Shown: positions 9,286-17,906 of the stretch, in pieces | Layout: each line of letters opens with the position of its first letter | How positions within the stretch are numbered: the first letter of the stretch is position 1 | Origin: Burkholderiaceae bacterium | GTDB lineage: Bacteria > Pseudomonadota > Gammaproteobacteria > Burkholderiales > Burkholderiaceae_E | Assembly: GCA_044342535.1 (NCBI GenBank) | Contig: JBIIPQ010000001.1 | Location: 1 to 53,676, forward strand | Reading direction: 5' to 3' | DNA length: 53,676 nucleotides | Translations under genes and position numbers: made by a program | Notes under the pieces: generated by a model | What the model saw: only the letters and a program-made list of their open reading frames with translations | Databases searched by the model: none | What the model was told of the DNA's origin: nothing

Positions 9286-9987
9286 TCAGGCCTTCGACGC
9301 CGGCGGCTGCAGCATCGGGGCACCGAGGTGCCCCACCTTCACCAGGATCGTCGCGCCCTCCGCGCCCGTGAACGGCGTGTGCGTGCTCCCGCGCGGGCTG
9401 CGCAGCCACGTGCCCGCCGGATACGCGCCGTGCTCGTCGTGGAACACCCCGTCCAGCACGTAGATCTCTTCGCCACCCGGGTGCGAGTGCGACTGGAACC
9501 TCGTGTGCGGCGCCCACCGCACCAGCGCCGTGTCGATGCCGTCGTGCGAGTGCAGCGGCATCACCGACAGCCCCTCCACCCGCCCCGCCTGCCACGGCGT
9601 CGAACGCGTATCGATGCGCACCGGCTCCGTGTCGCCCTCGCAGAACTGCCAGAGCTTCACCAGGATCGTGCAGCCGTCCTTCGAGAACGGCACGTGCGAG
9701 GTGCCCGGCGGATTGCGCACGTAGAACCCTGCCGGGCAGTCACCGTGCTCGTCCGAGAACGTGCCGGCCAGCACCAGGAACTCCTCGCCGCCGCCGTGGA
9801 CGTGGCGGTCGAAGAAGGAGCCGGGGGCGTAGCGCACCACGGTCGTGGCTCGGGCGACCTCGTCACCGATGCGATCGAGCATGTGGCGCTCGACTCCGGG
9901 GAGCGGGGATGGGAGCCAGTCGGTTTCGGCGGGCGGGGGGACGACTTCTCGGAGGGTGAAGTCGGCGCGGAGGTGGGTGGGGGCCAT
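9286..9987 (-). CDS. Bicupin protein (ChrR-like cupin family)
   Basis: Two cupin repeats: FFDRHVHGGGEEFLVLAGTFSDEHGDCPAGFYVRNPPGTSHVP and FQSHSHPGGEEIYVLDGVFHDEHGAYPAGTWLRSPRGSTHTP. Confidence 0.7.
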   Translation of the reverse strand: MAPTHLRADFTLREVVPPPAETDWLPSPLPGVERHMLDRIGDEVARATTVVRYAPGSFFDRHVHGGGEEFLVLAGTFSDEHGDCPAGFYVRNPPGTSHVPFSKDGCTILVKLWQFCEGDTEPVRIDTRSTPWQAGRVEGLSVMPLHSHDGIDTALVRWAPHTRFQSHSHPGGEEIYVLDGVFHDEHGAYPAGTWLRSPRGSTHTPFTGAEGATILVKVGHLGAPMLQPPASKA

Positions 9988-10074
9988 GAGGAGGATTGTC
10001 GCTCACCGGTTCTCGCGGCAGGATGTGTCGGTGCCGCCGCGCGCCGCGCGCCGCCGCCCCGCCCCAAGGAACCC

Positions 10075-10536
10075 ATGACCGCCATCCCCGCATCCCTTCG
10101 CCTCGCCCGGCTGTTCACGGGGGCCGCCTTCGTCGTGCCGGGCACACTTTTCGCGGCTGGTGCGGTCGCAGCCGACCTGTCGACCGCGGTGGTCGGTTCG
10201 TGGCGCAAGGTCTCCCACATCGCCACGATGAGCGGGACCACCTTCGACTCGCAGGCCGCCCTGCTCAAGCAGAGGCCCTGTGCCGACAGGATCCGCTACA
10301 ACGTGAATGCCGATGGCACGTACCGCCTGGATGCTTCCGCGAGCGACTGCGAAGACCGGTACAAGTCGACCCAGCAGAAGCTCTACGCCCAGACGAAGTG
10401 GCGAGTGGTGGGCGACACGTTCACCGTCTCGGCCACGGATTTCGCGGTCGGGCAGTCGTACAAGGTGAGCGTGTCCGGGAACCGGATGACCTGGGTCGGA
10501 ACGGAGGACCAGGGCACGGTGGTGTTCCAGCGCTGA
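10075..10536 (+). CDS. Secreted hypothetical protein (lipocalin-like)
   Basis: ATG at 10075. Signal peptide MTAIPASLRLARLFTGAAFVVPGTLFAAGAVAA, followed by beta-rich sequence with paired Cys residues. Confidence 0.5.
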   Translation: MTAIPASLRLARLFTGAAFVVPGTLFAAGAVAADLSTAVVGSWRKVSHIATMSGTTFDSQAALLKQRPCADRIRYNVNADGTYRLDASASDCEDRYKSTQQKLYAQTKWRVVGDTFTVSATDFAVGQSYKVSVSGNRMTWVGTEDQGTVVFQR

Positions 10537-10554
10537 GTCGGATCCGTGCTCGCC

Positions 10555-10674
10555 ATGGCGCCCCTCGTGACGTTGCGTCCCGGCACCCGCGATGATGCCG
10601 AAGCCATCGCCGACCTCATCGCGAGCGCGACGGTGTGCTGCTCGGGTTCATCGCGCTTCGGCCATGAACAGTGA
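10555..10674 (+). pseudogene. Possible truncated N-terminus of a GNAT acetyltransferase
   Basis: 39-codon ORF MAPLVTLRPGTRDDAEAIADLIASA..., a classic GNAT N-terminus, that stops after about 25 conserved residues. Confidence 0.3.
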
Positions 10675-10685
10675 GGACTGACGCG

Positions 10686-11048
10686 ATGACCGCACCCCGG
10701 CGTACCCCGGCCAGCGTCGACACCTACATCGCGGGCTTCCCCGTCGAGATCCGTGCGATCCTCGAGCGGCTGCGGCAGGTCGTGCGCGAGGCTGCGCCGG
10801 ATGCCGAGGAGCGGATCAGCTACGGCATGCCGACGTTCTTCCAGCAGGGCGTGCTGATCCACTTCGCCGCGTTCGCGCGGCACGTGGGCGTCTACCCGCC
10901 GGCCACCGACCCGATGCTCGTACCGCTGCTCGCGCCCTACGCGGGGCCGAAGGGCAACCTGCGCTTCCCGCTGACCGAACCGATTCCGTACGACCTCATC
11001 GCGCGGATCGTCACCGCGCGTCTGCACCACACCCTTCGACGACCTTGA
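10686..11048 (+). CDS. DUF1801 (YdhG-like) domain protein
   Basis: VDTYIAGFPVEIRAILERLRQVVREAAPDAEERISYGMPTF...LRFPL fits the DUF1801 pattern. The start could alternatively be the GTG at 10671. Confidence 0.7.
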   Translation: MTAPRRTPASVDTYIAGFPVEIRAILERLRQVVREAAPDAEERISYGMPTFFQQGVLIHFAAFARHVGVYPPATDPMLVPLLAPYAGPKGNLRFPLTEPIPYDLIARIVTARLHHTLRRP

Positions 11049-11061
11049 CGGAGCGTTCCTC

Positions 11062-11451
11062 ATGAAGTTCGGCTACACCATCGTCTACGTTCCCGACGTC
11101 GCAGCCTCGCTCGCGTTCTGCGAGCGCGCCTTCGGCCTGAAGCGCCGGTTCCTGCACGACTCAGGCACCTACGGCGAGCTCGACACCGGCGAGACGGCAC
11201 TGGCCTTCGCAGCGCACGAGCTCGGTCATGCGAACTTTCCCGGCGGACATGTCGCGGCCAGCGCGTCGGCGACGCCGCTGGGGGTCGAGATCGGGCTGGT
11301 GACGCCGGACGTGGCGGGCGCACATGCGTCGGCCCTGAAGCACGGCGCGGTGGAGCTCGCCGCGCCGTCTGCGAAGCCCTGGGGGCAGACGGTGTCGTAC
11401 GTCCGCTGTCCCGACGGCACGCTGGTCGAGCTGTGCACGCCGATGGCGTAG
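11062..11451 (+). CDS. VOC (glyoxalase/bleomycin-resistance/dioxygenase) family protein
   Basis: 129 aa. N-terminus MKFGYTIVYVPDVAASLAFCERAFGL and C-terminus PWGQTVSYVRCPDGTLVEL. Confidence 0.8.
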   Translation: MKFGYTIVYVPDVAASLAFCERAFGLKRRFLHDSGTYGELDTGETALAFAAHELGHANFPGGHVAASASATPLGVEIGLVTPDVAGAHASALKHGAVELAAPSAKPWGQTVSYVRCPDGTLVELCTPMA

Positions 11452-11493
11452 CGGCCGCGTACCGGAACGAAACACTTCCAGGGGACCCTCGCC

Positions 11494-11574
11494 ATGTTCT
11501 CCCATGTCTTCGTCGGCGTCACTGACTTCGACCGTGCGCTCGAGATGCACCACGTGCCAAAACCGCCAGGCTGA
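11494..11574 (+). pseudogene. Truncated N-terminus of a second VOC-family gene
   Basis: MFSHVFVGVTDFDRALE is a typical VOC N-terminus. It runs into unrelated sequence and a stop after 26 codons, and composition changes immediately downstream. Confidence 0.4.
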
Positions 11575-11575
11575 C

Positions 11576-12115
11576 ATGTCGCGCCTCACCGGTGAGTTGT
11601 CGAGAGAGTCGATCGCGGCGATGGCTGAGATTCGGTCGTTGGCAGCGCTGAGCGCAGACGCTGGGTTGGAAGACGTTGCCGTCTTGCTTCGGCGGATCGC
11701 TTCATCGCAGCGTTGGCAAGACGCGCCGTGGCATGCGGCCGCTCCTGGCGAGGAACGCCTGTACACACTGGACGTCATGCCGGGTGGCGCATCCCTGTAC
11801 CTGGTGTCGGACGGTCAGGGCGTCACGAGCCCGCCCCACGAGCACGGAACGTGGGCCGTGATCGCTGGGGTTCGCGGCACTGAAGCGAATGTGCTGTATC
11901 GAGTGGTTTCGGGCCGCCGGGCCGCTCCGATCGATCGTGTGGTGATCGGCCCCGGCGAATCAATGGTCCTTCCGTCGAATGCAATTCACGCGACGGAAGT
12001 CGTCGGTGCAGCCCCGACGTTTCACCTTCATCTCTACGGTCGGCCGTTGCGCGAGTTGGCCAGCTTCGAATCTCGTATCTTCGAGAAGCAGGATGAGCGG
12101 CGGAAGAATGCCTGA
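11576..12115 (+). CDS. Cupin domain protein (cysteine-dioxygenase-like)
   Basis: ATG at 11576. PPHEHGTWAVIAGVRG...VLPSNAIHATE is a cupin metal-site pattern. GC looks visibly lower than in neighbouring genes. Confidence 0.5.
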   Translation: MSRLTGELSRESIAAMAEIRSLAALSADAGLEDVAVLLRRIASSQRWQDAPWHAAAPGEERLYTLDVMPGGASLYLVSDGQGVTSPPHEHGTWAVIAGVRGTEANVLYRVVSGRRAAPIDRVVIGPGESMVLPSNAIHATEVVGAAPTFHLHLYGRPLRELASFESRIFEKQDERRKNA

Positions 12116-12188
12116 CTCGAGGTTGCGGCGGACGGCTTGCACAGAGGCTTTCGCGCGATCTGCCCGCACCTCATCACCAAGGCACTTC

Positions 12189-12473
12189 ATGCTCATCGTC
12201 TCTGGCCGTCTGTTCGTCAAACCCGGTACGCGAGCCCAGTTTCTTGCATGCTGCGAGCCCAGTGTTCGCATGGCAAGACGCGCGCCGGGCTGTCTCGATT
12301 TCGCGGTTTCGGCTGACACCATCGAACCTGACCGGGCCAACGTGTACGAAGCGTGGACTGACGCGCAAAGCCTCGAGGCGTTCCGAGGGCGTGGTACCGA
12401 CGATCCGTCGTTCTCTTTCATTGTTCACGCCGACATCGAACGCCACGAAGTCTCGCGAAGCGGTCCGCCATGA
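12189..12473 (+). CDS. Antibiotic-biosynthesis-monooxygenase (ABM) domain protein
   Basis: ATG at 12189. 94 aa: MLIVSGRLFVKPGTRAQFL...CLDFAVSADTIEPDRANVYEAWTDAQSLEAF, a ferredoxin-like ABM pattern. Confidence 0.55.
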   Translation: MLIVSGRLFVKPGTRAQFLACCEPSVRMARRAPGCLDFAVSADTIEPDRANVYEAWTDAQSLEAFRGRGTDDPSFSFIVHADIERHEVSRSGPP

Positions 12474-12556
12474 GGGGGCTGTCACCGTAGCGTTCTGTTG
12501 GAGGCCCCAGGCCCAAAGCGCGTGGCCCATCACCCACGGGGTCCGGCTCGGACGCG

Positions 12557-12823
12557 TCACCGGCCCCGCGACAGCCACTTCTGGATCTGGGGGACGAACA
12601 GCCCGGCGAGCGCGACCACGAAGGCCAGCGCGGTCGCAGCGCCGGTACGCGGATCGTCGGCGCCGAGCGCCAGCACGGCGGCCCAGCAGGCCACCAGCAG
12701 CACGCCCCAGATACTGGCGATGGCCCGTCGGCGGCCCGCATCGCCGTCTCCCTTGAGGCTCCAGGTCACGACGACGACGACCGACAGGATCGACAGGATC
12801 AGCAGGGGCAGACCGGCATTCAT
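12557..12823 (-). CDS. Small membrane protein (hypothetical)
   Basis: ATG at 12823 (MNAGLPLLILSILSVVVVVTW...). 88 aa with three hydrophobic helices. It is the only plausible part of the 1234-aa antisense ORF 12557..16261. Confidence 0.4.
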   Translation of the reverse strand: MNAGLPLLILSILSVVVVVTWSLKGDGDAGRRRAIASIWGVLLVACWAAVLALGADDPRTGAATALAFVVALAGLFVPQIQKWLSRGR

Positions 12824-12985
12824 TCGATGCGACCTCGGGAAAGCGGAGCAGGGCAGGTGCCCGGACCCCATTCGACCACATCGTGCCCGGGACACCCGCG
12901 CCGCGCGGCGATCGACCCCTCGAGCGGTATCCTCGCGGCCTGATCGCGCCGCACAGCGGTCCCCACGCCCGCCCGCCCCATCGCG

Positions 12986-14266
12986 TTGACCTCCCTCCCG
13001 CCGCAGCACGTTGTCTTCGCCACCGCCGGCACCGCGGGCGACCTGCATCCCTTCCTCGGCCTCGCGCTCGCGGTGGCGGCCCGCGGCGTGCGCACGACGG
13101 TGATGGTCAATGCGATCCACGCCCCGCAGGTCGAACGCGCGGGGCTGGCCTGCGTGCCGCTGGGCACGGTCGACGAGTTCCTCGCAATGGTCCGGGACCC
13201 GGCGGTCTGGCGCTCGCGCGAGGGCTTCGGGCTGCTGTGGCGCGGTGCGCGCGGCGGGCTGAACGAGGCGCTGGGGCACCTGCTGACGCTGTCGGCGACG
13301 CAGCCGACGACGCTGGTCGCGCATCCGCTCGCGCTGCCGCACGCCGCGATCGCGCGCGCTCAACGGCCGGCGCTTCGGGTCGTGGCCGCGTACCTCGCGC
13401 CGAGCAACCTGCGCACGGTTCACGACCCGCTGACGATGGGCCCGCTGTCGATCCCGACTTGGTTGCCGCAGTCGGCGCGGCGCGCGCTGTGGCGGCTGGT
13501 CGACGCCCGGCTGATCGACGCGGCGGCGCTGCCCTCGCTGAACGAGGATCGGCGCGTGCACGGCCTGGTTCCGGTCGCCGGCTTCATCGAACACCTGCAG
13601 TCGGTCGCGCAGGCCTCGGTCACGCTGTTCCCACCGTGGTTCGGGCCGGTGCAGCCCGACTGGCCGCAGCCCCTCGTCCCGGGCGCGTTCGTGCTGCACG
13701 ACCCGGACGCACAGGACGCGCTGCCCGTGCCGGTCCGGGCCTTCCTCGATGCGGGCGCTCCGCCGGTGGTCTTCACCGCGGGCACGGGCCAGGTCCATGC
13801 GTCGGCGGTCTTCGCGGCGGCGCTCGAGGCCACGCGCGCGGCGGGGCGACGCGCGCTGCTGCTCACCCCCGAGCGCGCGCAGGTGCCGGCCGTGCTGCCC
13901 GACGGCGTGCTTTGGCACGGCTACGTGCCGTTGGGCACGCTGCTGCCCCGTGCAGCGGCCATCGTCCACCACGGCGGCATCGGCACCGTGGCCGAGGCGC
14001 TGCGCGCGGGCACGCCGCAGCTCGTCGTGCCCTGGGCCTACGACCAGTTCGACAACGGGGCGCGTGTGCAGGCGCTGGGCGCAGGCCGGGTCGCCCGCTT
14101 CGCGAGCCGTCGGCCGAGCCGCCTCGCGCCGGCGCTGCACGCATTGCTGGCCGACGACGCGGTCGGCGCACGCTGCCGCGCGATCGCCGCGCGCTTCGAC
14201 GGCGACGCGGAGGCGGCGCGGCTGGGGTCGGTGGTCGACGCGATCCTGGCGCCGGCCGCGGACTGA
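12986..14266 (+). CDS. Glycosyltransferase, GT1 / MGT (UDP-glycosyltransferase-like) family
   Basis: N-terminal VVFATAGTAGDLHPFLGLA and C-terminal donor-binding signature VHHGGIGTVAEALRAGTPQLVVPWAYDQFDNG. The start is inferred as TTG at 12986. Confidence 0.8.
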   Translation: MTSLPPQHVVFATAGTAGDLHPFLGLALAVAARGVRTTVMVNAIHAPQVERAGLACVPLGTVDEFLAMVRDPAVWRSREGFGLLWRGARGGLNEALGHLLTLSATQPTTLVAHPLALPHAAIARAQRPALRVVAAYLAPSNLRTVHDPLTMGPLSIPTWLPQSARRALWRLVDARLIDAAALPSLNEDRRVHGLVPVAGFIEHLQSVAQASVTLFPPWFGPVQPDWPQPLVPGAFVLHDPDAQDALPVPVRAFLDAGAPPVVFTAGTGQVHASAVFAAALEATRAAGRRALLLTPERAQVPAVLPDGVLWHGYVPLGTLLPRAAAIVHHGGIGTVAEALRAGTPQLVVPWAYDQFDNGARVQALGAGRVARFASRRPSRLAPALHALLADDAVGARCRAIAARFDGDAEAARLGSVVDAILAPAAD

Positions 14267-14284
14267 CGGCCGCGGCGCCCGCGC

Positions 14285-14382
14285 AGGGCCCCGCCCCCGC
14301 CGCCCCCCGCCGTCCCCGCCGTCCCCGCCGTCCCCGCCGCGTCCGCCCCCGGAACCCGCCGCCGTCCGCCCCCGGAACCCGC
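14285..14382. repeat. Intergenic C-rich tandem repeats
   Basis: Three tandem copies of the 9-mer gtccccgcc (14312-14338), and two copies of the 19-mer gtccgcccccggaacccgc at 14341-14359 and 14364-14382. Confidence 0.8.
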
Positions 14383-14455
14383 GCTTGCGCCCGCCAGCAT
14401 CCTGACCGAGCATCGACGCCCCCGACCCCGCCGCGCAGACCCCCGCCCCACGCCC

Positions 14456-15952
14456 ATGACCCGCCGCATCTTCACCGCCTGCCTCGGCACCGAGACCAAC
14501 TCCTTCTCGCCCATCCCCACCGGGATGTCCGTGTTCCGCGACGCGATGCTGGTGCGCGGCGGCGCCCATGGCGACAAGCCCTCGCTGTTCGCGGTGCCGC
14601 TGATCGTCTGGCGCGAGCGGGCGCGGGCGCTCGGCTGGACGGTGTCCGAGGGCCTGGCCGCCTTCGCCACGCCGGCGGGCGACACGACGCGCGGGGTCCA
14701 CGAGGCGCTGCGCGACGAGATCCTCGCCGACCTGCGTGCGGCCATGCCGGTCGACGCGGTGATGCTCAACCTGCACGGCGCGATGATCGCCGACGGCTAT
14801 CCGGACGCGGAGGGCGACCTGCTCGCCCGCGTGCGCGAGCTGGTCGGCCCCGACGTGCCGATCGCCGCCGAGCTCGACCTGCACTGTCACCTGACCGAGC
14901 TCAAGGTCGCGAGCGCCGACATCCTGGTCATCTTCAAGGAGTACCCGCATGTCGACGTCGCCGAGCGTGCGGCCGAGGTCTTCGAGCTGCTGCAGGGGAT
15001 GCTCGAGGGCCGCATCCGCCCGGTGATGGCGCTGCACGACTGCGCGATGCTCGGCATCTATCCGACCACCGCCGAGCCGATGATCTCGATCGTCGCCGGC
15101 ATGCGGGCCGCCGAGCGCGAGCCGGGCGTGCTGTCGGTGTCGCTCGCGCACGGCTTCCCCTGGGGCGACACGCCCGAGGTCGGCACGCGCACGCTGGTGG
15201 TCGCCGACGGCGACCTCGCGCTCGCGCGCCGGCATGCGGCGGCGCTCGCCGACGAGGTCTGGGCCGCCCGCGAGCAGATCGTCCCGCCCTTCTATTCGAT
15301 CGACGCGGCGATCGACCGTGTGCTCGCCGCCCCGCCGGGCGACGTGCCCTTCGTGCTCGCCGACACCGCTGACAATCCGGGCATCGGCGCCGCCGGCGAC
15401 TCGACCTTCCTGCTGCGCCGGCTCATCGAGCGCAAGGTCTGGGGCGCGGCGCTGTCGCCGCTCTGGGACCCGATCGCCACGCAGCTCGCCTTCGACGCCG
15501 GTGTGGGCGCGACGCTCGACATGCGGCTCGGCGGCAAGCTCGGCCGCGGCTCGGGCGACGCGCTCGACGTGCGCGTGATGGTCATGCAGCTCACGCCCGA
15601 GGGCTGGCAGCCCTTCGGCGGCGCGATGGCGCCGCTCGGACGCATGGCGTGGCTGCGCATCGGCGGGCCCGACGACGTGCGCGCGATCGACGTGGTGGTC
15701 AACGACCACCGCATCCAGACCTTCCACCCTGACTGCTTCACGGTCGCCGGCATCGACCCGCTGACGCCGCGCCTGCTGGTCGCGAAGTCGACGCAGCACT
15801 TCCATGCCGGCTTCGCGCCGATCGCCCGCGAGATCCTCTACGTGTCGGCGCCGGGCTCGGGCTCGATGGACATGGCGGTGCTGCCGCACACGCGCGTGAC
15901 GCGGCCGCTGTGGCCGCGGGTGGCCGATCCGGCGCGCGGGCCGCTTCGCTGA
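14456..15952 (+). CDS. M81-family metallopeptidase (MlrC-like)
   Basis: 498 aa. N-terminus RIFTACLGTETNSFSPIPT and DAVMLNLHGAM...KEYPHVD match my memory of the MlrC N-terminal domain. Confidence 0.8.
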   Translation: MTRRIFTACLGTETNSFSPIPTGMSVFRDAMLVRGGAHGDKPSLFAVPLIVWRERARALGWTVSEGLAAFATPAGDTTRGVHEALRDEILADLRAAMPVDAVMLNLHGAMIADGYPDAEGDLLARVRELVGPDVPIAAELDLHCHLTELKVASADILVIFKEYPHVDVAERAAEVFELLQGMLEGRIRPVMALHDCAMLGIYPTTAEPMISIVAGMRAAEREPGVLSVSLAHGFPWGDTPEVGTRTLVVADGDLALARRHAAALADEVWAAREQIVPPFYSIDAAIDRVLAAPPGDVPFVLADTADNPGIGAAGDSTFLLRRLIERKVWGAALSPLWDPIATQLAFDAGVGATLDMRLGGKLGRGSGDALDVRVMVMQLTPEGWQPFGGAMAPLGRMAWLRIGGPDDVRAIDVVVNDHRIQTFHPDCFTVAGIDPLTPRLLVAKSTQHFHAGFAPIAREILYVSAPGSGSMDMAVLPHTRVTRPLWPRVADPARGPLR

Positions 15953-15959
15953 CCGGGCA

Positions 15960-16661
15960 ATGGCAGAATCGGGCTTCGACATGGCCGCGTTCAGACTCAC
16001 CCGCGACACGATCCTCGACGGCTCCCTGCACGCGTCGGTCCGCGACATCCTCGGCCCCGATGTCGTGTTCATGACCGACGACGAGCGCCGCGCCGAGATC
16101 GACGGCATGCTGGAACGGGCGCCGGACCCGCGGCGCGTCTGGGTCTTCGCCTTCGGCTCGCTGATCTGGAACCCGGCCTTCCACCATGCCGAGCGCCGGG
16201 TCGCCCGCGTGCACGGCTGGCACCGGCGGTTCTGCCTGTGGGTGCGCGCCGGGCGCGGCACCCCGGAGCGTCCGGGGCTGATGCTGTCGCTCGAATCCGG
16301 CGGCAGCTGCGCCGGCGTCGTCTACCGTCTCGAGCCCGGCACCGAGCGCACCGAGCTCGACGTGCTGTGGCGGCGCGAGATGTTCACCAAGTCGTACCGG
16401 CCGGTCTGGGTGCAGGCCCGCACGCCCGACGGCGGGGTGCCGGCGATCGCCTTCGCGGCCAACCGCGGGCACGACCGCTATGCGCCGGGTCTCGACGCCG
16501 AGACCGTCGCGCATCACCTGGCGGAAGCGACCGGGCCGCTCGGGCGCGGCTGCGACTACCTGTTCGACACCGTCGCGCATCTGCGCCAGCTCGGCATGCG
16601 CGACCGCGCGCTCGAGACGCTGGAGGCGAAGGTCCGGGCCCGCCGCGGGTCAGACACTTAG
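15960..16661 (+). CDS. ChaC-family gamma-glutamylcyclotransferase
   Basis: VWVFAFGSLIWNPAF, GWHRRFCLW, PGLMLSLESGGSCAGVVYRL and MFTKSYRPVWV form the ChaC signature. Confidence 0.85.
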   Translation: MAESGFDMAAFRLTRDTILDGSLHASVRDILGPDVVFMTDDERRAEIDGMLERAPDPRRVWVFAFGSLIWNPAFHHAERRVARVHGWHRRFCLWVRAGRGTPERPGLMLSLESGGSCAGVVYRLEPGTERTELDVLWRREMFTKSYRPVWVQARTPDGGVPAIAFAANRGHDRYAPGLDAETVAHHLAEATGPLGRGCDYLFDTVAHLRQLGMRDRALETLEAKVRARRGSDT

Positions 16662-16721
16662 TCGGGCCCTGGTGCGCGTGCGCGGCCCGAAACGACGACA
16701 CAACAGGACAGCAGGCCCCCC

Positions 16722-17906
16722 ATGAGCCTCCACGATCGAGACACCCTGGGCGCCTTTGTCGCGACCGCCCCCGTCGAGCGCACGGGTGCGCCCGACGGCC
16801 CGCTCGCCGGCATCCCCTTCGGCCTGAAGGACCTGTTCCACGTCGCCGGCGTGCCGACCGGCTTCGGCCATCCCGCCTGGCTCGCCTCGCATCCGGTGCC
16901 GGACACCGATGCGACGGTGCTGACCCGGCTCCTCGCCGCCGGTGCCCGCCTGGTCGGCAAGACCCACTGCGACGAGCTCTGCTACAGCCTGAACGGGCAG
17001 AACACGCACTACGGCACGCCGGTGAACACCGCCGCGCCCGGACGCTTGCCCGGCGGCTCCTCGAGCGGATCGGCGGCCGCGGTCGCGGGCGGCCTGGTGC
17101 CGTTCGCCATCGGCAGCGACACCGGCGGCTCGGTGCGCGTGCCCGCCGCCTACTGCGGCGTGATCGGCATGCGCACCACCTGGGACGCGGTGCCGCTCGA
17201 CGGCGCCGTGCCGTTCTCGCCGAGCTACGACACCGTCGGCTGGTTCTCGAAGGACGCGGCGCTCTTCGAGCGCGTGGGCCGAGTGCTGCTGGCCGATGAC
17301 GCGCCGGCGGCCGCGCCGCGCCGGCTGCTGGTGGGCAGCGATGCATTCGCGCGCGCGCTGCCCGCCACCGCCGAGGCGCTGCGCGACGCGCTGGGGCGCG
17401 CGGCCGAGGCCATCGGCGGCGGGCTCGCCGAGCACACCCTCGCCGACGAGGGCCTCGAGGCCTGGATGCAGGACTTCCGCGTGATCCAGGGCGCCGGCAT
17501 CTGGGCGACGCACCGTGACTGGCTCGCGAGCTTGAGGCCCGAGTTCGGCGGCGGCATCCGCGAGCGATTCGCCTGGGTCTCGACGCTGACCGACGAGCAG
17601 GTCGAACCCGCCGTACGCCGCCGACTCGACATCGCCGCGCGACTGCACGACCTGCTGGTCGACGGCACCGTGCTCGCGATCCCCACCGTGCCCGGCATCG
17701 CGCCGCGCACCGACACGCCGGTGCCCGAGCTCGAAGCCTGGCGCAACCGCTGCCTGGGGCTGCTGTGCATCGCCGGCCACGCCGGGCTGCCGCAGATCAG
17801 CCTGCCGATGGGCACCGTCGACGGCTGCCCGGTCGCGCTGTCGCTGATCGCCGCACCCGGGCGGGATACGATGCTGCTCGACCTGGCCCGACGACTGCTC
17901 CGATGA
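16722..17906 (+). CDS. Amidase (amidase-signature family)
   Basis: GIPFGLKDLF plus the AS motif GGSSSGSAAAVAGGLVPFAIGSDTGGSVRVPAAYCGV. Confidence 0.85.
   Translation: MSLHDRDTLGAFVATAPVERTGAPDGPLAGIPFGLKDLFHVAGVPTGFGHPAWLASHPVPDTDATVLTRLLAAGARLVGKTHCDELCYSLNGQNTHYGTPVNTAAPGRLPGGSSSGSAAAVAGGLVPFAIGSDTGGSVRVPAAYCGVIGMRTTWDAVPLDGAVPFSPSYDTVGWFSKDAALFERVGRVLLADDAPAAAPRRLLVGSDAFARALPATAEALRDALGRAAEAIGGGLAEHTLADEGLEAWMQDFRVIQGAGIWATHRDWLASLRPEFGGGIRERFAWVSTLTDEQVEPAVRRRLDIAARLHDLLVDGTVLAIPTVPGIAPRTDTPVPELEAWRNRCLGLLCIAGHAGLPQISLPMGTVDGCPVALSLIAAPGRDTMLLDLARRLLR

Noticed and set aside
14285-14382. C-rich tandem repeats considered as a possible CRISPR or minisatellite array.
   Set aside because: The units are 9 and 19 nt, directly adjacent or 4 nt apart, so there are no spacer-length unique sequences. 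No cas genes are present. I kept it only as a simple repeat.
12557-16261. A 1234-aa minus-strand ORF spanning the glycosyltransferase and MlrC genes.
   Set aside because: It is an antisense read-through typical of about 70% GC DNA. It is Arg/Ala/Gly/Pro-rich, has no motifs, and lies opposite two plus-strand genes with clear family signatures. Only its last 88 codons (12557-12823, a small membrane protein) look plausible.
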